Assembly (NCBI GenBank): GCA_035650735.1
Contig: DASRGZ010000156.1
Location: 1 to 50,725, forward strand
Direction of reading: 5' to 3'
Origin: Chthonomonadaceae bacterium
GTDB taxonomy: Bacteria; Armatimonadota; Chthonomonadetes; Chthonomonadales; Chthonomonadaceae
Length of the DNA: 50,725 nt
Both the position numbers and the translations under genes were made by a program. The notes below the pieces were generated by a model. That model was not told where the DNA came from. It did not search any database and saw only the letters and a program-made list of their open reading frames with translations. This document shows, in pieces, positions 48,152 to 50,725 of this stretch; position 1 is the first letter of the stretch, and every line of letters begins with the position of its first letter.

Positions 48152-48688
48152 CTAACGCTTATAGGCTTCCTGGGAACTCGCGCCGTAAGAAGCGGTCTGG
48201 CTCCCTACGGGCGTGCGCGACAGGTCTACCGGGCCGGAGTTCTCGTTGCCGAAGCGGAGGGCGGGCCGCTCGGCCAGCACTTCCGGCGTCAGGACGTCGC
48301 CGGAGCGGGCCTGCTCGCTCTCGTCCCAGTCCAGCGCGCCTTTGCCCAGAATATAGAAGTAGCCGATGAAGAGAATGGCGACAAAGACGGCCATCTCGAT
48401 CAGATTGAACAGTTTCGCGCCGTGCGTCAGGCCGCGATAGGTGACCGCCCAGGGATAGAGGAAGATGGTTTCGATGTCGAAGACGATGAACAGCATCGCG
48501 ATGAGGTAGAACTTGACAGGAAACCGCTCTCGCGCCGAACCGACCGGGGTCATGCCGCACTCATACGCGGTGGATTTGTAGGGCGTCGGCTTTTTCGGCC
48601 CCAGAACGAAGGAGCCGATCACCATGCCGCTCGCCAGCACGGTCGAGGCCAGGATCATGACAAAAATCGGGACATAACTGCTCAACAT
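48152..48688 (-). CDS. nuoA: NADH-quinone oxidoreductase subunit A with C-terminal extension
   Basis: YECG, FYLIAMLFIVFDIETIFLYPWA, KGALDW then about 50 extra residues. Confidence 0.95.
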   Translation of the reverse strand: MLSSYVPIFVMILASTVLASGMVIGSFVLGPKKPTPYKSTAYECGMTPVGSARERFPVKFYLIAMLFIVFDIETIFLYPWAVTYRGLTHGAKLFNLIEMAVFVAILFIGYFYILGKGALDWDESEQARSGDVLTPEVLAERPALRFGNENSGPVDLSRTPVGSQTASYGASSQEAYKR

Positions 48689-48775
48689 CTCGGTGTTTTC
48701 TCCGTGCTGTCCGCCTGCGCGCGTCGTGTGCAGACAGGGCTTCTCACGACGATAGGCGGTCGGGGCTTGCGTCTA

Positions 48776-48811
48776 CTGTGAAGTTTATCACAAACGCGCC
48801 GGGCAAGTCAA
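48776..48811 (-). promoter_or_regulatory. nuo promoter overlapped by a Rex/CRP-type palindrome
   Basis: Minus strand TTGACT (48811-06), 18 nt, TG-A-TAAACT (48787-82); palindrome CTGTGAAGTTTATCACAA at 48776-48793. Confidence 0.7.
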
Positions 48812-48875
48812 CTGCTTCGCGCTGCGGCGTAGGAGTTATTTTACCCGAAAACTCTGATTTCGCTTTGCTTCAGAA

Positions 48876-50063
48876 TCAGGCGGTCAACAGGAGGACAGCA
48901 TCCTGCCAGGAAGCGGGCGGCGTGAAGTCCGTAACGCCCGCATTGGCGAAGGTTCCGATGGCGGTCTGCTCTCCGGTCGTCGGGTCTATCCAGACGGCAT
49001 TTACCGCGCCGCCCCCCGCCGTGATTCGGTCCATGCGCAGGGAGACGGGTGCGTTGTGGCTCAGATAGGCCAGGACCCAGTCGCCGCCAGCCGAGCGCGC
49101 GGCGGCGTTGTGCGTCAGGCCGCTGCCCTCTCCGCTGGCAAACACTGTCTGATCGGGAATCAAGTCCCACCACGCGCGGCAACCGGTCACAATCTGCTTG
49201 TAGATGCCGAGATGGAGCGCGCCCGGCGAGTCTATCCAGTCGCGCCAGGTGGCAGGCGAGACCCAGTTGTTGTCATGGCCGTAGGAGTAGTGGCCGCCCG
49301 CCAGATGCGTCCAGTAGGCTTGCCTCCGCGTCGCCAGAGGCATCTCCAGACCGTTGGATTTCACGCCCTCGTACCCGCCCTCCGCCATGACGACAGGCTT
49401 GACCGGCGTGCGGGCATAGTCCGCGCGCACCATCCCATCAATCCGTTCGTAGGGGTTGTAGGTCTGAATCGAGTTGAAATCCAGCCAGGGTTCCGCATGG
49501 AGGAAGCTGGAGGAGGCCGGAGAGGGATCGGGATGCACGGTGATGAGATGGCTGCCGCCATCGCCTTCTTTCAGACCGGCAGCCAGTTCGCGCAGCACGG
49601 GGATATATTCCGGCGTCGCCTTCGGGTACATAGACCAGACGAGATTGGGGACGTCGCGATAACGCTGCGCCAGCCATTTCGCATAGGCGCGCGCCTTTGC
49701 CGGAGTGATTCGCGCGGTCTGCAACTGGTGGAAGACGCCCAGCGCCAGGATCATTCCCTGCTGGCGAGCCTGCTCCACGACAGCATCCACGTTCTGGAAA
49801 TAGGCTTCGTTCGGGGTGGCGGGATCGTCGCCTATCCAGGGACTCTGGCCTGCCAGATTGGGGTCTGTGCCGTCGCCTACGCCGGTGAGCATGATCTGAA
49901 AGACCGTGAAACCCTGCTGCTTGCGGCGTTCCAGAATGGCGGCGGCATCGGTGGGGAAGACGCCGCGAAACAGTTCCCACTGCGTATCGCCGAGCCAGAA
50001 GAACGGCTGGCCTTCCTGATCCACAAAATAGCGCCCGTTCGCGCTGACACGGATTGTTCCCAT
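48876..50063 (-). CDS. DUF4038 / GH140 apiosidase-like glycoside hydrolase with C-terminal putative collagen-binding domain
   Basis: VSANGRYFVDQEGQPFFWLGDTQW, LITVHP, KPVVMAEGGYE, AVWIDPTTG..DAVLLL; AGGAGG RBS. Confidence 0.85.
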   Translation of the reverse strand: MGTIRVSANGRYFVDQEGQPFFWLGDTQWELFRGVFPTDAAAILERRKQQGFTVFQIMLTGVGDGTDPNLAGQSPWIGDDPATPNEAYFQNVDAVVEQARQQGMILALGVFHQLQTARITPAKARAYAKWLAQRYRDVPNLVWSMYPKATPEYIPVLRELAAGLKEGDGGSHLITVHPDPSPASSSFLHAEPWLDFNSIQTYNPYERIDGMVRADYARTPVKPVVMAEGGYEGVKSNGLEMPLATRRQAYWTHLAGGHYSYGHDNNWVSPATWRDWIDSPGALHLGIYKQIVTGCRAWWDLIPDQTVFASGEGSGLTHNAAARSAGGDWVLAYLSHNAPVSLRMDRITAGGGAVNAVWIDPTTGEQTAIGTFANAGVTDFTPPASWQDAVLLLTA

Positions 50064-50080
50064 CGTTGGCCCTCCTGATT

Positions 50081-50368
50081 GCGCCTCTTTAAGAGGCGTA
50101 GCCCCGTATGATATGCGCGCAGACAGTCTCCCTCAGCCGAAGGGATGCTGCGCGCTGTTCACGCTCAACAACACACTGCGGGGAGAGTGTCGGTAGCGAA
50201 ACAGATGGGGAGATGTTAGGTAGGGTATCAAAAGTTCCTGCGGCGGTTCACACTCAGAAACAAGGTCACGCTCTACTTAAAGACTTTTGACACCCTACAT
50301 AAATGGCCGTCGCAGGCTCATAAGAATAAACGCAGGAGACACCCGCGCTTTAGCCGGGTGTACCTGAC
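50081..50368. mobile_element. Structured non-coding remnant with IS200/IS605-type end hairpin (PATE or omegaRNA/HEARO-like candidate)
   Basis: Minus strand begins GTCAGGTACACCCGGCTAAAGCGCGGGTG; further stems at 50081-99 and 50115-55; no transposase or nuclease ORF. Confidence 0.5.
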
Positions 50369-50376
50369 TATGAACC

Positions 50377-50725
50377 CTATGGCATCCTCAGCTTTTGCGC
50401 GCGCAGATCGTATAGAACCCGCGTAGGCTGGCTGCCATGATAGATCAGCTTGCCATCGAGATAGACGGCAAAGCCTTGAAAGCCTGGGTCCAGATGTCCC
50501 CCAGCGGCGTCGTAGGCGATTGTGATGTCGTGGCCCCGGTACGCTTGCCCGTCCAGCAGCCAGTACGACCAGGCTTTTTCTGGCAGCAGTGGGGCGATCT
50601 CCAGAATCTCGTCGGCGCGCGGAACCAGACCGATCAGCCCCTCGATCAACGGGTCAATCCAGGTGGAGTGGTTGTAGTCGCGCTGGGTCGTTTTCCACTC
50701 ACCCGTATCTCCATTATAATACTCC
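50377..50725 (-). CDS. Six-hairpin glycoside hydrolase (MGH1/GH63-like), 3' part only
   Basis: Frame open to the window edge: EYYNGDTGEWKTTQRDYNHSTWIDPLIEGLIGL..YRGHDITIAYD. Confidence 0.75.
   Translation of the reverse strand, partial: EYYNGDTGEWKTTQRDYNHSTWIDPLIEGLIGLVPRADEILEIAPLLPEKAWSYWLLDGQAYRGHDITIAYDAAGGHLDPGFQGFAVYLDGKLIYHGSQPTRVLYDLRAQKLRMP

Overview
High-GC bacterial chromosomal window, probably Armatimonadota. This is inferred from the '[15 protein letters not shown]' prepilin-like protein and a DUF6785-like membrane protein. Contents in order: (1) start of a minus-strand exopolysaccharide operon (priming sugar transferase, Wzc-like kinase, Wza/SLBB export protein, GT4, Wzm-like permease, DegT aminotransferase cut by the window edge) behind a sigma54-type site; (2) carbohydrate genes, including a Tat-exported Gfo/Idh/MocA oxidoreductase and a HEAT/beta-sandwich/FKBP fusion; (3) a small AT-richer islet with an HNH-type gene and an antitoxin-like mini-ORF; (4) DUF6785-like transporter, AraC, MFS, orphan CheB, DinB; (5) a prepilin-like/small membrane protein/TPR/CRTAC1 cluster; (6) tRNA-Glu and tRNA-Leu; (7) vWA/GATase-like membrane protein and an esterase; (8) a complex I operon nuoA-C-D-E-F-G-H-J-K-L-M-N that cleanly lacks nuoB and nuoI, has a ~200-aa Pro-rich NuoM tail, and carries a Rex/CRP-type palindrome over its promoter; (9) glycoside hydrolase genes flanking a structured IS200/IS605-end (omegaRNA/HEARO-like) non-coding remnant. 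Intergenic spaces hold at least three palindromic repeat families and two nested MITE-like insertions. All calls come from motif recognition by eye; no searches were run.
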